Shown: in pieces, positions 15,796 to 31,977 of the stretch | Position numbering within the stretch: the first letter of the stretch is position 1 | How the letters are laid out: the number at the start of each line of letters is the position of its first letter | NCBI RefSeq assembly: GCF_009914755.1 | Contig: NC_060941.1 | DNA: 64,000 bases | Direction: 5' to 3' (one strand) | From: the human T2T-CHM13v2.0 reference genome, Homo sapiens | Translations under genes and position numbers: made by a program | The notes under the pieces: generated by a model | What the model saw: only the letters and a program-made list of their open reading frames with translations | The model's database searches: none | What the model was told of the DNA's origin: nothing

Positions 15796-17024
15796 AACCA
15801 GAAAGATATTTAAATCACATTGCAATGCAGTATGAGAAGTTATATAAGAAAAGCATGTGGTCTTACAGGAATAAATAACTGCAATACGTAACCTAGGAGC
15901 TACAGAGACTAGGGAAAGTGGCAGTATAAGCAAGTCTTTCTGGAAGAAGTGACAAGCTGGAATCTGAAAATAAGTAAGAGTTAGCTAAGAGAAGGAGGAG
16001 GGGAAGATTGCTGTAGGCTAAAAACAGCATCTGCAAAAGACCCAGAGGCATACATGGCATATTTGAGTGAGTTCAGGCTGGAGCATAGCTTTCAGGAAGG
16101 AAAGTGACAAGCGCTGAGGCTAGAGAGATGGACAGAAGTCAAATCACAGAGTGTCATATTTGCCTGGTATTGGATCTTGTATTTCATCATGGGCATTGAA
16201 GGGTTAAAGTGAAGCCACTGAAGGGTGGTAATTAGAGGATGACATATTTGCATTTTTTAAGTGTCGATCCAACCGCTCTGTGAGGGATGCATAAGAAAGT
16301 AAAGCTAGAGGCAGATAGGCCAGATAGAAACATTTTAGGGAAGAAATGGTGAAGAGAGAGAAAGACATAGAAATAGCATCAACAGTTTTTAGTGATTAAG
16401 GGGATGTGGAGGGTAAAAAGTCAAAGAAATCAAAGATAACTGCCAGGTTTCTGGCTTAAACACCTGGGTTGGGGGTGAGTTAACCTACTTAACCAGGAAA
16501 GAGTAAGTAAGAGTTAGCTAAGAGAAGGAGGAGGGGAAGATGTTACTCTTTCCTGGTAAGTACATTGGGGAACAGGGAGCAAATTGCAGAAAAGTTGCTT
16601 GATCAATTTTTTACATAAGAGTTTTTGGTGCCAGTCCATGGACATGTTTTATGGGCAGTGGATAGATGGATCTGGCCCAGTTTACTTTCCTGAGAAGGAA
16701 CATCCAGGGAAGTAGAGTCTGTGGTTCCCAGGAAGCAAAGGGAAAGAAGATTTTAGGAAAAGAGGAAGGGGGTCAGCAAGTGTCAGGTGCTACTGAAACA
16801 GCAAGTTAGGTAAGTCCTGAAAAAATCACGAGGCTCAACAAAAAGAACATTATTGTTGATGTTGATAGAAGCAGTTCTACTGAAGAGATAGAAAAGGGCA
16901 GATGAGAGGCCCTGAGTGAGAGGTAGGGAGCATCTTCTACATGTGCATCTCTCATATATAAGCACATTTATGAAAATAGATGTGAATTCTAAATGGATGT
17001 GTGTGGAAATTGTGTATCCTGTAG

Positions 17025-17222
<198 letters not shown>

Positions 17223-17374
17223 TAAAGCAATCTCTTGTTTATAGACTTTAACATTTTTCCTCAAATTTTCTTTTTTGTGTATCTCATTAGTTATAAATAT
17301 TTTTTAAGTTGATGGTCCAACTGTGTTAAAAAGTAATTGCTCTAGCATAACTGATTTTTTATTGCATCATATAA

Positions 17375-17524
<150 letters not shown>

Positions 17525-17866
17525 TAGCTGTAACAGGCTAATTTGTCCCAATCCAATTCTAAGCTGTTGATATGTAAAATATACATGCTATACTTTTCTT
17601 TAAACAGTGGTTTACGGCTCATGCAGCTGGTCACTGAACACTAGCGGCTAGAGTGGGATGAGGAAGAAACAGAAACATGGCTCAAGATCCATGAGATAAA
17701 ACGTTCACTTGAAAAAAGAATTCCTTAATCAATGAATAAAAACATATTCAGATTAATATTTTCTAAAAATGAAATGCATAAGGGTTAAGGGATTGTGGAT
17801 GGTATTATTAAGGAAGACCTTTCTAAATTTGGGGGGACTGACTTTTAAACATTATTTGTTCCCTAA

Positions 17867-18052
<186 letters not shown>

Positions 18053-21000
18053 ATGGATGAGGGAGTGAAAACTTTGCATAGAATCCTCACGCAAGTAGAT
18101 ACATGTTCATCCAAAAGTATTAATAGAAATTCTCTATCAGCTATTCAGTCTTAATTTCACTAGTAGTATAATGGGTATACATTTTTGTAAATAGCATCCC
18201 CAAACCAGCCAGCCTTCAGTTATTTACAAATGTTTGTTCTTTTTTCAGCAAAATACTTCAAATGAATAGTATTAACTTACAAAAAGTCACGAAAACTTAC
18301 ATGAGAGTGAAAATTTGTTATGACTGTTTTGAGAGTGGGACTCACTCTGAAGTATGTGCTGTCTCATGTCTTATTTTTGAACCATGCATATGATGGACAC
18401 ACAATGGATGGACACATTATATCTCCAACAAGGTGTGGGTGGAAAGATCAAATTAACCTGCTTTTTTGAAAGGAAATGATTACTGTCAAACCAGCATGGT
18501 TAATTGTGAGCATCCTCCTGCAGCATGCCCCTTAAGATTTTCTACAACCCAAACCAAGTGTATGTATTGATTTCTAGGAACCCCCAAAAGGAGAATAGTA
18601 AAAAAAGATCATACTTAAAATTTGTATTACAATTTTTATTTTAGGAACTTATTCAGACACGTAAATGTTGTTTAATTCTGTAGGTAACCATTTGAGCTGC
18701 AATTCAGGATCTTTTTTATAACACCAGTGTAGCCAAAAGAGAAACAGATAAGTGAATTGGTAAGAAATAAGATTCAGAGCACTTGGGATTGTAAGTTATA
18801 GGTTCTGAGCTGAACAGTTTATCAGCCGCTCTTTTTATTAAAAGACAGTGTCAACACTTCAAAAAACGTGCTTAAAGGAGACAACGGTGAGATTAATTGC
18901 TTAGAAAAAGCTCAAGGCTGACTGATAAGTTTTAAAAATTTGGTGGTCTTGTAGTATTTTGAAATACAGTAGTCTTTTAACAGAATTTCCCCTTAGGGAG
19001 GTAAGTGGACAGAAATCTTTGCTAAAATGTTTATATCATATTTATTTTAAAATGAGAGAGATATATTTTTAAATTATTTATTATTTACCTTGTGGTATGG
19101 TACCTGTGTTTAGTGTTTACGTTCTGTAGCTTTATTTAATAAGTTAAATTGATCACATAAATTCTGCTAGTCACAATCAGATAGAAATTTAGTCTATTAA
19201 TTAAAATTCTAATTTAATTCTCCTGACAGAAATCTAGATATTCTTATTCTTCACAAATATTCCTCATTGTATTGAAAAATGAAGGAGGGCATGAAAAGCA
19301 CTAGGGAACTACTTTTGGATAACTGAAAGCTTTGTTTCATTGTTTTATTTGCCCCTCAATTGCCACAAACTTACTGAAGGGCTAGTTTCATGGTTCCCAT
19401 TAGAGGGTGCTTGTTTGCTGCTGTTGACCAGCCCAAGGGTCGTGACCCACAGGTCGGCTGACCCAGAGGGCATCCAGCCTGGTGTTTTTCTGACACATGG
19501 CCCAGGCTTTGTGGTCTTTCATGACATTAATCTCTGAAAGATCAGAATGTATCCCCCAAAATACCATTAGCTATCTTTGAGGGTCTATTATGAATCTGTC
19601 ATCCATGAATTGCCATAAACCTAAGTTTGCCTCACCTCAGGCCCAGACCATGTTTTCAAAGAGCAACTTAGTAATGTATACAGTAGTCAGTACATTTTAT
19701 GAAATACTCTATTTTGCTAAATTAACCTCTTGCAGATCTCCTCAGGTGATCTTAAATTCTAGTCTTGAGAAACTTTGTGAGCAGATCTGTTTTCAGCTTC
19801 TTTATATACCTTTCATGGTAAGTAACCATGGCAGTGAGGATGGCAGAGTTTTGTTTTTTTTTTTTTAATGGGCCAATCATGTTCTGAGTATTATGAAGTT
19901 TATCCTTTCATTCATGATCAAAATTGTTAAAGACATCACATTTTATAAATACACTGTTAAATCCACTTTGCTGTAGGTTATAGTTTACCTGTTATATAAT
20001 TCGTAGTGCTAATTGTAGTAGAAGCAAATCAATTTAGGATGTTGGAACGAAAATAATCACAATAACTAATACAGCTTTTTAATTGTGAAAACTACAATTA
20101 AAAATTATAATTTTAATACCAACCATAATATTACACTGTATTTAGAACAGGCTTATGTAAAATGCCCTCATTTATCTAAATAAGTTGATTTTTTGGTTAT
20201 TGTAATCTAGTAAGGTTTTTGCATCACTACTGGTCTGTCATGAAGTTTTTCTGCTGGCTTATTCACTTATTTAGACTTCATTTAGGGAAGCTATTTCAGA
20301 ATACCATCTCATAAAATGTATCATTATCTTGTTTTTGCAAAATTCACTTACTTTTTGGGCACATTTACCCAGCATTTCAAATAAGTGTATAGGCATGTGC
20401 CTTGTTTAAGTACAATTTATAAGACTTCATGTTTGCAAGTTACATATTAGGGTAGTGATTGTTTATATTACCAGGGATTCTACACTTTACCAAAAAAAAT
20501 TGCCATAAGATTTTCCTGTTCCATTTTAAATTGTCTTGATATTTAAAAAAATAACTTCTACATTCTCAGGAAGAAATACATGAAGTAAATCATATCTCCA
20601 TGTCTGTTTCCAGATTTCTCTCATCTTTTTACTATCCCAATACATTCCTAATTCCTATAAACGTAGTGGCTTAAATACTGAATACCTGGCAGCTCTTAAA
20701 GATCCCTTAGGCAGATGATGATAATTTTCAGTGTTTCGTCATGTTTAATAGAAATCAAACTGACTTGTGTTTTAAAATACAAGTTGTCTGCTAGTAAAGT
20801 TACATGATTTAGGTGTGTTTTAGGTTTTCTGCAACAATTAGCTGTGAACCCCTAATGTAGCTAAGTTTATACAAATTTTATAATCAAAATTATTTATTTT
20901 TATTTTTTTAGAGTATGTCAAAAACATATAGTGTTTGCTTTGTGAAATACATTTGCTTAGAGTTATAAAATATACTGTGACTCAGAAATTGTAAAGTCAG

Positions 21001-22578
21001 TTTGCGTTGTAAAAATGAATACTACCAGCATGTCAAAAGAAAAATAATTTACATTTGTAATATAAAGTAAAATTGTATTTAATATATTTATTGAATTTTA
21101 AATTTGCACTAACTTGAAAACTTTAAAGGTTATACTAATTTAATGATTAATGTGGACCCAAATACATAATTTGGCCAAAAAAGTCATTAGAATGGGTAAT
21201 GGTTTTGTGTGGTTTTCCTTCAAAATGATAATATTGAAGCAAGAACCAGCATTTTATATTGATAATTTTTTTAATATTTCTACCCAGTTGAGGACAGTGG
21301 AATATAAGTAGATATATTTAAAATATCTAGATATTTAAAAAGAAAGAAAAGGTTGTTTATCCCAATCTGAATTCATTCTCAGCAACAAGACAGAAAAGGT
21401 GGTTTGGGTTTTGCTTTTAAACAGTGTCCCCCTGTCTTTTTCAATTTTTCCCTTGAAGCCTTTCTCTTGTTCTTCAGAGTACGCGCTGCAGGCTATCTGC
21501 AGCATCAGAATGCCTGGGCAGGCTGTTGAAAGTATGGATTCCTGAGCCCAACCCTTAACTTAATGATTCCCTGTCTCTGGAGATGCAACATAGAAATCTC
21601 TGTTTTTATTAACAAGCGCCTCAGGCGATTCTTAAGCATACTGAAATTTGAAAGCTTCTGGTCTGAACCTCATGTATTCACCTAGGGCTTTTGCTAGGTG
21701 GGATACCATGCCGAAAAATTGAATTAATTGTATGTTCTTAAAATTGTTTTTCTTCTACTCCACTGTCCTCTTCCCTCAAAATCACTTTTCTAAAAGAACT
21801 CTATGAAAAACTTATTTGTATCATACCCAAATTGATATATTTGTCTGAACTCTGTTACATAAAAATTGGTATGATTCATACGTGGAATCAGTTTTTGGAC
21901 TGTGACCCATGCAGTGTTGGGGGACAAGGAGTTGCTTCAGGAGTTAGTGCAGTGCGCCTCCAAGGGGCAGTGAGCCATGGAGGCACCTGCCTTCTCACTG
22001 CAGTCAATGCAGCCACACTTGTGTATACTGAGTGCTGCTTCAGATCTCAGTAGATAAAATAATTCCACATTTAAAATGATTCTGCTATTTTTTATAAAGG
22101 GTTTGAAAGCCACTACTATAATGACTTTGTCACCTAATTGATTTTCTACTAATTTTTACATATTCAGAAACTTCGTGTTTTTTTGGTGGACAGAATATTT
22201 TGGAGGTCTCCGTCGCTGTTTAGAATGTGGCCACTTGGCTGTTTCACAGTTTTTAAAGCTATTTTATTGAATAGTAAAGCAGTGAACTTAGCCTTTGTTC
22301 TTTGTGTTTCTAATTTAAGCATATAGTCTATTTAATTTTTGATATGTAAATACACATCAATACATATATATTTACCCATGTGGCCCTGTGTAGTCAGTGC
22401 ATGAGGCTTGCATAGCCCAAAAAGGTACATTCCAGGGTTCTGGGGAAAGAATTTTAAAATGCCATCCTCTAATACAGACGTTTATAAAACTTAAATGAAA
22501 TGATTGGGCTTAACCATATGCAAGAAAGTCTGCAGAAAATAAATCACCTAGAAACTATAAATAGAAATGTGCTGCTGA

Positions 22579-23189
<611 letters not shown>

Positions 23190-24818
23190 AGAAATGTGTT
23201 GCTGGTATCAGATATCAGACCAAGAACACTTCAGTCTCTCTAAGGATGCCCTGAGCTACCTCACTGTTAAAGGACGACATCAACACAGAATGCACTAAAC
23301 AGGAAATAAGCTGTAATCTAGAGAATTTCCATTATGTGTTACTTTTTGGTGACTAACATGGAATGTTGAAAAGGAAGAGCTGGAAAGCTCAGTTGTTTTC
23401 CTTGTTCCTCTGACATTGTCCAGGCAAGAGGGCATCCTGATCAGATGAGTAGATTTGGCTGAGAAAAACCCTAGAGTAAGGCAGGCACTTTGTGGAGGTG
23501 GATGATGATGGCTCATAAAAACGTTTGTTCTCAGTCCAGTTCAGGGCTCTGCCAGCAGTCTTTCAGATTTGAACTGCTTAAACAAACCCTACAGATAAAT
23601 TGGCACTCTGATTTGTAATTCTGTTTGTACAAGTTTAGAGCAGCCTAGCTCGAGTCCTCAACCCCAGTCCTCTTAGAAGTGAACTGATTGCACTGGATCC
23701 CTAAACCCACAATGTTGAGGACACATGTGATGACTCCACTTGCTCAGCCAGCTGGCCTCTTGCACTTTCCCCTGCCCACCACTTGTAACTACCACTTAAT
23801 TATCTTGTGTTAATTGCTTTTGTTGTGTTGGGTCTGTATTTTTGTGGTCAGTGCCTGCAGGCAGAAATGTGAAAGCATTTGGTATGTTGAAGATACTTGC
23901 TTCTTTTTTAATAAAATTAAAAGTGCAGCACGTAAGTATGATACTGTGTAGTTTTTTGACACAACCATGAGATACAATAAGCAGCTTTGACTTAGTGTCC
24001 CAAAAAGTGGTTCTTGGTCTACAGCAGGGCAAACATATATGTGGCAAGTTCTGATCACATACTTTTAGACAGAAAGAATAAAAAATTCATATCGCATGGC
24101 TTTTGTAGCCTAAGAGCACAGAATCATACACGTGTGTTAGGAGAAACATTCATTCTCACGCATATAAACTGGCTCCTGGCAGAGTAGAGCAGTAAGTGGG
24201 ATCAAAGGTGAATTCACCTTATTTTCAGTTGGTAGAGTATGGAAAAATGTATCACTTATTTGAAATACCTGAATGGAAACCCAGCCTCTACTACTGTAAC
24301 TTAACACTGGGCAGTTACTTGTTCTTCCTGAGCCTCAAATTTTCTTTCTCTGTAAGAATGGGAATTAATGCCCACCTACGGGTTGCAAGTGCTTACAGGA
24401 GCTGGGCAAGCAACGAAGGTAAGAGTTGTAGAGACTTCGGTAAACTGGAGCACATGATTCCTGGGAAGCAGGCCTAGTGTAAACAATTTATTTTTCTAGA
24501 AAAGACAGAAGTTTAGAGTATATGAAATCTAATTTTTAAGTATTGGTTGGCAACTAATTGACTATCGTCTACCATAAGGTTATATGATAATTATTAGGGC
24601 AGGAGAGTGAATGCATCTTAATATGCATGGCAGAACTGTGTGTTTCCTTCCATCTGGATTTTCATAAAGCTTTCTGATTTATCAGTAACGATCTGAAAAA
24701 TGTACTGTGGCATGTAACATCTTTTATTCATTTTATTAGGCATTAGAGGAAGAATATTCTGTAGTCCTGCTTTATTCTGCCATCTTTACCTGGAAATCCA
24801 TTTTTATAAAATTTTTGT

Positions 24819-24824
24819 AATAAA
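24819..24824 (+). terminator. Candidate distal poly(A) signal of DGKE
   Basis: AATAAA directly preceded by TTTTTGTA and followed by a U/GU-rich tract; alternative AATAAA hexamers near 23910 and 24077. Confidence 0.6.
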
Positions 24825-25327
24825 AATTCACTTGATCACTTGCCTGCTTTCTTTTAAACAGTGCCAAGCGTAATGCCCCTTGATAATTTACATATATGTG
24901 AACGTGGCTGTGATAGCTGCTGATGTTCACACATAGGCCATCTTACATGTAATGATTCCATGTTTGGACTTAAACAGCTTCACACATTTATTGTACAGTT
25001 AGGTGTCACATGCTTTTACTTTTTATTTTATAATCTGTATTTCTGTGAGGTAGACATTATTGGCTCCATGTTATATACATTGATAGCCCGGAGCTAGAGA
25101 TTGAACCCAGGCCATCCTCCCCACTGCCTTTCATCATCAACACAACCACCACCAACAGTATTTTAAAAGTGTTAAATATTGGCAGACGTGTCATTGTTCT
25201 GAGCACTAGGACTAGGGCTTATGCGGCTGTCTGAGGAATTCCCTGTACAAGGAAACATCATATACCAAAAAGTTACTCATGGAAGGAGTTTGGAGATGAT
25301 GAGCTAAAAGTATTACACATGGACTAT

Positions 25328-26031
<704 letters not shown>

Positions 26032-26495
26032 GTTCCCCACTTTTAGTCACCCCGTCCGCAAGCTGAGAGTGTGACCAAATGGCATAGCATTACTCTCAGT
26101 TACCACTATTGACATAGTCTAGGAAGAAGAGTCAGATGTTTATCAATAGCTGCCCTAGGGCTCAGAGTCACCCTCGGGAATGACATAGTCCATCCTGGTT
26201 TCCTCCAGTTGTCTGATCCTTACGGCAATCTTTTGACATATGAGTGACTACTGGAAAGCACTTAAACATCCTTGAAAGGACCAGCCTCTGTGAATAACAC
26301 CTGTAATCTCAGAACTTTGGAGGCCAGAGTAGGGGAATTGCTTGAGCAGGAGTTCAAGACCAGCTAGACAATGTAACAAGACCCCATGTCTACAAAAAAA
26401 AAAAAATTTTTTTTTAATTAGCTGGGCAGGGCTGGGTATGGAGGCTTACACCTGTAATCCCAGAATTGTGGGAGGCCAAGGCAGGTGGATTGCTA

Positions 26496-26705
<210 letters not shown>

Positions 26706-26736
26706 TCATCTCAAAAAAATACAAATTAGCTGGGTA

Positions 26737-26843
26737 GTGCTCACTACAGCAGCACATATACTAAAATTGGAACAATACAGAGAAGGTTAGCATGGCCCCT
26801 GAACAAGGATGACATGCAAATTCATGAAATGTTCCATATTTTT
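26737..26843 (+). pseudogene. Full-length U6 snRNA retropseudogene (5' part of a chimera)
   Basis: GTGCTC...CAGCACATATACTAAAATTGGAAC...ACAGAGAAG...TTCCATATTTTT; CpG sites decayed; no U6 promoter context (sits inside an Alu). Confidence 0.95.
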
Positions 26844-26974
26844 ACATATAAAAGCAAGCTGAATCCTGATCACCTTGAGTACATGTCATCAGGGACCTCC
26901 TGAGGCTGTGTCCCGTGCCCATGCATGTCCTTAATCTTGGCAAAATAAACTTTCTAAATTGGAAAAAAAAAAAA
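26844..26974 (+). mobile_element. 3' (R-region) fragment of a MER4/LTR8-like ERV1 LTR with AATAAA and poly(A), fused to U6
   Basis: ...GGACCTCCTGAGGCTGTGTC...CTTGGCAAAATAAACTTTCTAAATTG followed directly by A12. Confidence 0.75.
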
Positions 26975-27801
26975 TTAGCTGAGTGTGGTGATGCACACCT
27001 GTAGTCCCAGCTACTCAGGAGACGGAGGTGGGAGGATCACTTTTGTCCAGGAGTTCCAGGCTACAGTGAGGTAGCATTGCACCACTGTACTCCTGCCTGG
27101 GTCAAAGAGCACGACACTGTCGCTCAAAAATAAATTTTAAAAATTATTGAGAAAATGCAATGCACTGTGTTGGGTAAGCCATTGTGTATGGGTACCCACT
27201 GTGTATGGGTAAACACAATAACTACAAGAAGAATAATAGCAAAGGATTGAAAATCCTGAGTAAAGATTCCCAGGAGCCAAGATTTAACCAACTGAATAAA
27301 TCAAGGGAGGCAGTGCTAATGAGATGAAAACCTTGTGTTCTTTAGGAACTTTTACATTTTGGGCAACAATATCAAATATAACAAACACTTAATGTTTTGT
27401 TAACATAAAAACACCGTAAGCTTCTCCCTGCTGAGCAGCTGAAGTGTCAGTAACTCCTACTTTGGGGTACTGCTGAGGTGAAATTATTCATCTCATATTG
27501 TACTGCTTGAAGAAAATTCGTAAGTATCACTAAAACTTTTTTCAAGAGTTGCTGAAATACTAACAAGCAATTTTTTCAATTCAGAGGCTCCCAGCTGAGG
27601 AAAAAGAGCTCTTACAAAAGAGTGAAATCTGTAACCCTTGTATGATTGAGTCTGGAGATCACTCAGGAGGCTCATTTCTGAGGGCTCACTTTATGTACAA
27701 GTGACCTGAGGTTCAGAATTTGACTAACATTTAGAGTCATCTGGTCATTTTAGGTAGGACATAGCCAAAACATTCTGATCATTTAGGTGGAAAAACCTTT
27801 A

Positions 27802-28137
<336 letters not shown>

Positions 28138-28148
28138 GATGAACGATC

Positions 28149-29439
<1,291 letters not shown>

Positions 29440-29924
29440 TTATTGAGAGAAAGGTGTAAAGTGAATCCCATTATCCGCCAGTTGGGGGTGACATGAATGC
29501 CATAGCTATTCTTTGTCATATCTGCATTTGCACATTGCCACGTTGAATGGTTATGCTTTAAAATTGGAGAGTTGGAACCAAAAACAGTTCACTGTACTTG
29601 ATAAAGTAACTCATGTATGTCATCAACAACTAAGGATGACTGTTTCCTCTTCAAATATGCCCCGAGTATTTATCCAATAAACAAAACTAGTTATTTTCTA
29701 TAGTGGTACTATAGAGTCATTCCATTTGCTTCTAGAGTTTCCAGTGAACCAATGCCTAATTTCAGTGAGCTCTCTATGATATAGTTAAGGGTATCATGGT
29801 CATGTTCTGGTATTATATCTGCATCATTATATAGAGTAGTTCAGTCTCCATAATCTATATCAAACCAAAGACTTTGATTACAGAGGGAGTCTGGACCACT
29901 GCTGAGATTAGTCCCAGTTTTTCT

Positions 29925-30248
29925 TTTCTCTCTCTCTCTTTTTTTTTTTTTTTTTTTTTTTGAGACAGAGTCTCAATCTGTTGCCCAGGCTGGAGTTAAG
30001 TGGAACAAACATGGCTCACTGTAGGCTCTCCCTCCAGGGCTTAAGTGATCCTCCCACTGCAGCCTCCCAAGTAGCTGGGACTACAGGCGTGCATCACCAT
30101 GCCTGGCTAATTTTTGTATTTTTGCTTAGTAGAGACAGGGTTTCACCATTTTGCCCAGGCTGGTCTTGAACTCCTGGGCTCAAGCAATCTGCCTGCCTTG
30201 GCCTCCCAAAGTGTTGGGATTACAGACATGAGCCAGAGCACCCAGCCC
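29925..30248 (-). mobile_element. AluJ
   Basis: Reverse Alu with T tail. Confidence 0.88.
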
Positions 30249-30571
30249 CACTGACGGATTTTTCTCTAGGCATAGAGAAAAATTACCAGTGATAAAATCA
30301 GTAGTAGTTGTAGGCCATTCCTTTGCTTCTATTGCTTCTTCCCAGTGCTGTTTGTCGATCTGAGCTACCTACCAAGGGAAGGATACTAAACCCTTTCATG
30401 AACGCAGTTTCCTGAATTACTCACTCAAGCATGTGTAGGAGCAGGTTCTAATATTAGTTGTGATTCTTCCCATTCATCTAGATAACTATGTATCTAGCAA
30501 TGCATTGGTTAATGCTGTAGTTTGCATGTATTCCCTTAAATTTCATGTATTTGAAACTTAATCCCCAAATT

Positions 30572-31604
30572 CACAAGTTGATTAGAGATACGGCCTTTGG
30601 GAGGTAATCAGGATTAAATAAGGTGGTCAGGGTGGACCTCCCATTATCAGGCTGGTGAAAGGAGCCATGACCTTCAAACTGATACTAAATCTTGACCATG
30701 ATTTAGGTAATGGCAATGGACTCTGGGCCAATGAAACCCTCAGACAACTGGAGGGAGGGGGAGAAAAGACAAGTAAGAACCTATTATTTCTAAATAAGTG
30801 AGACATTATGTAAATGGGAACACATAAACAGAGCCGTATGGTCTGGAGTCAAGTAACATACATATTAGCAGGGCATATGATCATTTATAAAATAATTTTA
30901 TATAAAGTATTCCCCATAGAAACCCAATTGAGGAGGCAGAGTAGATATAATTTTTCTAAATGAGTACATTGCGATTCAGAAAGGCTGATGACATGCCAGG
31001 ATTGCACAGAGCTAGGATACTGATCCAGTCTTGTGACTCCAAAATTTAGTGGAGTTTGTTGTTCCTTTATTTTTTCTCCCACTAAGTTATGCCATCTTTT
31101 TCCTAGATCAGGGGTTCCTAGCTTTTATTGTATCATAAGCCAACCTCTATAAGAAGTTGGCTATAGTTACAGACACTTCCTCCCTCCCTCTGACCCTAGC
31201 AGTTTGGCGCATACAGCAGAATTTTGCAGCCAACTTGGAGGGCCTCCGAGACTCCAATTAAGAACCTCTGAACCAAAGATACCAGTCCTAGCTGAGGTAT
31301 CTCAGACATATTTAGTATAAACTGGCAATGAGCTTGTTCTGTCTGGTTATCTTCCTCTGTCTCTGGCCATTTTCTATTCTGATTCATCCACAAGCCCACA
31401 GAGAAGTCAGTAACACACAGGTTCAGAAAAGCTAGTGGTGGAGAATGCTCGCTTTGGCAGCACATATACAGAAAAGCTAGTGGTGGAGAAACGTTTCTTG
31501 GAGAAAAAAAGTGGCATTTAGGCTGCACCTCTAAAGAGATGCCATTCTGACATGTTCTGGGAACAACATGTTGGCAAGCTGGCAAGAAGAAAAGACTCAT
31601 GCAT
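30572..31604 (+). repeat. ~1 kb local duplication, copy 2 (begins inside an MST/MaLR LTR fragment starting ~30513)
   Basis: Paralogous to 28149-29125; carries the extra U6 insert. Confidence 0.95.
31446..31469 (+). pseudogene. Tailless 5' fragment of U6 snRNA (about nt 2-25)
   Basis: TGCTCGCTTTGGCAGCACATATAC flanked by the perfect 21-bp direct repeat AGAAAAGCTAGTGGTGGAGAA (31425-31445, 31470-31490). Confidence 0.9.

Positions 31605-31977
<373 letters not shown>

Noticed and set aside
19438-19465. ERE-like GGTC/TGACC motifs in the DGKE 3'UTR
   Set aside because: Spacing does not fit GGTCAnnnTGACC
26737-26843. Functional U6 gene
   Set aside because: Many substitutions at CpGs, no recognisable PSE/TATA upstream, and embedded in an Alu with a TSD
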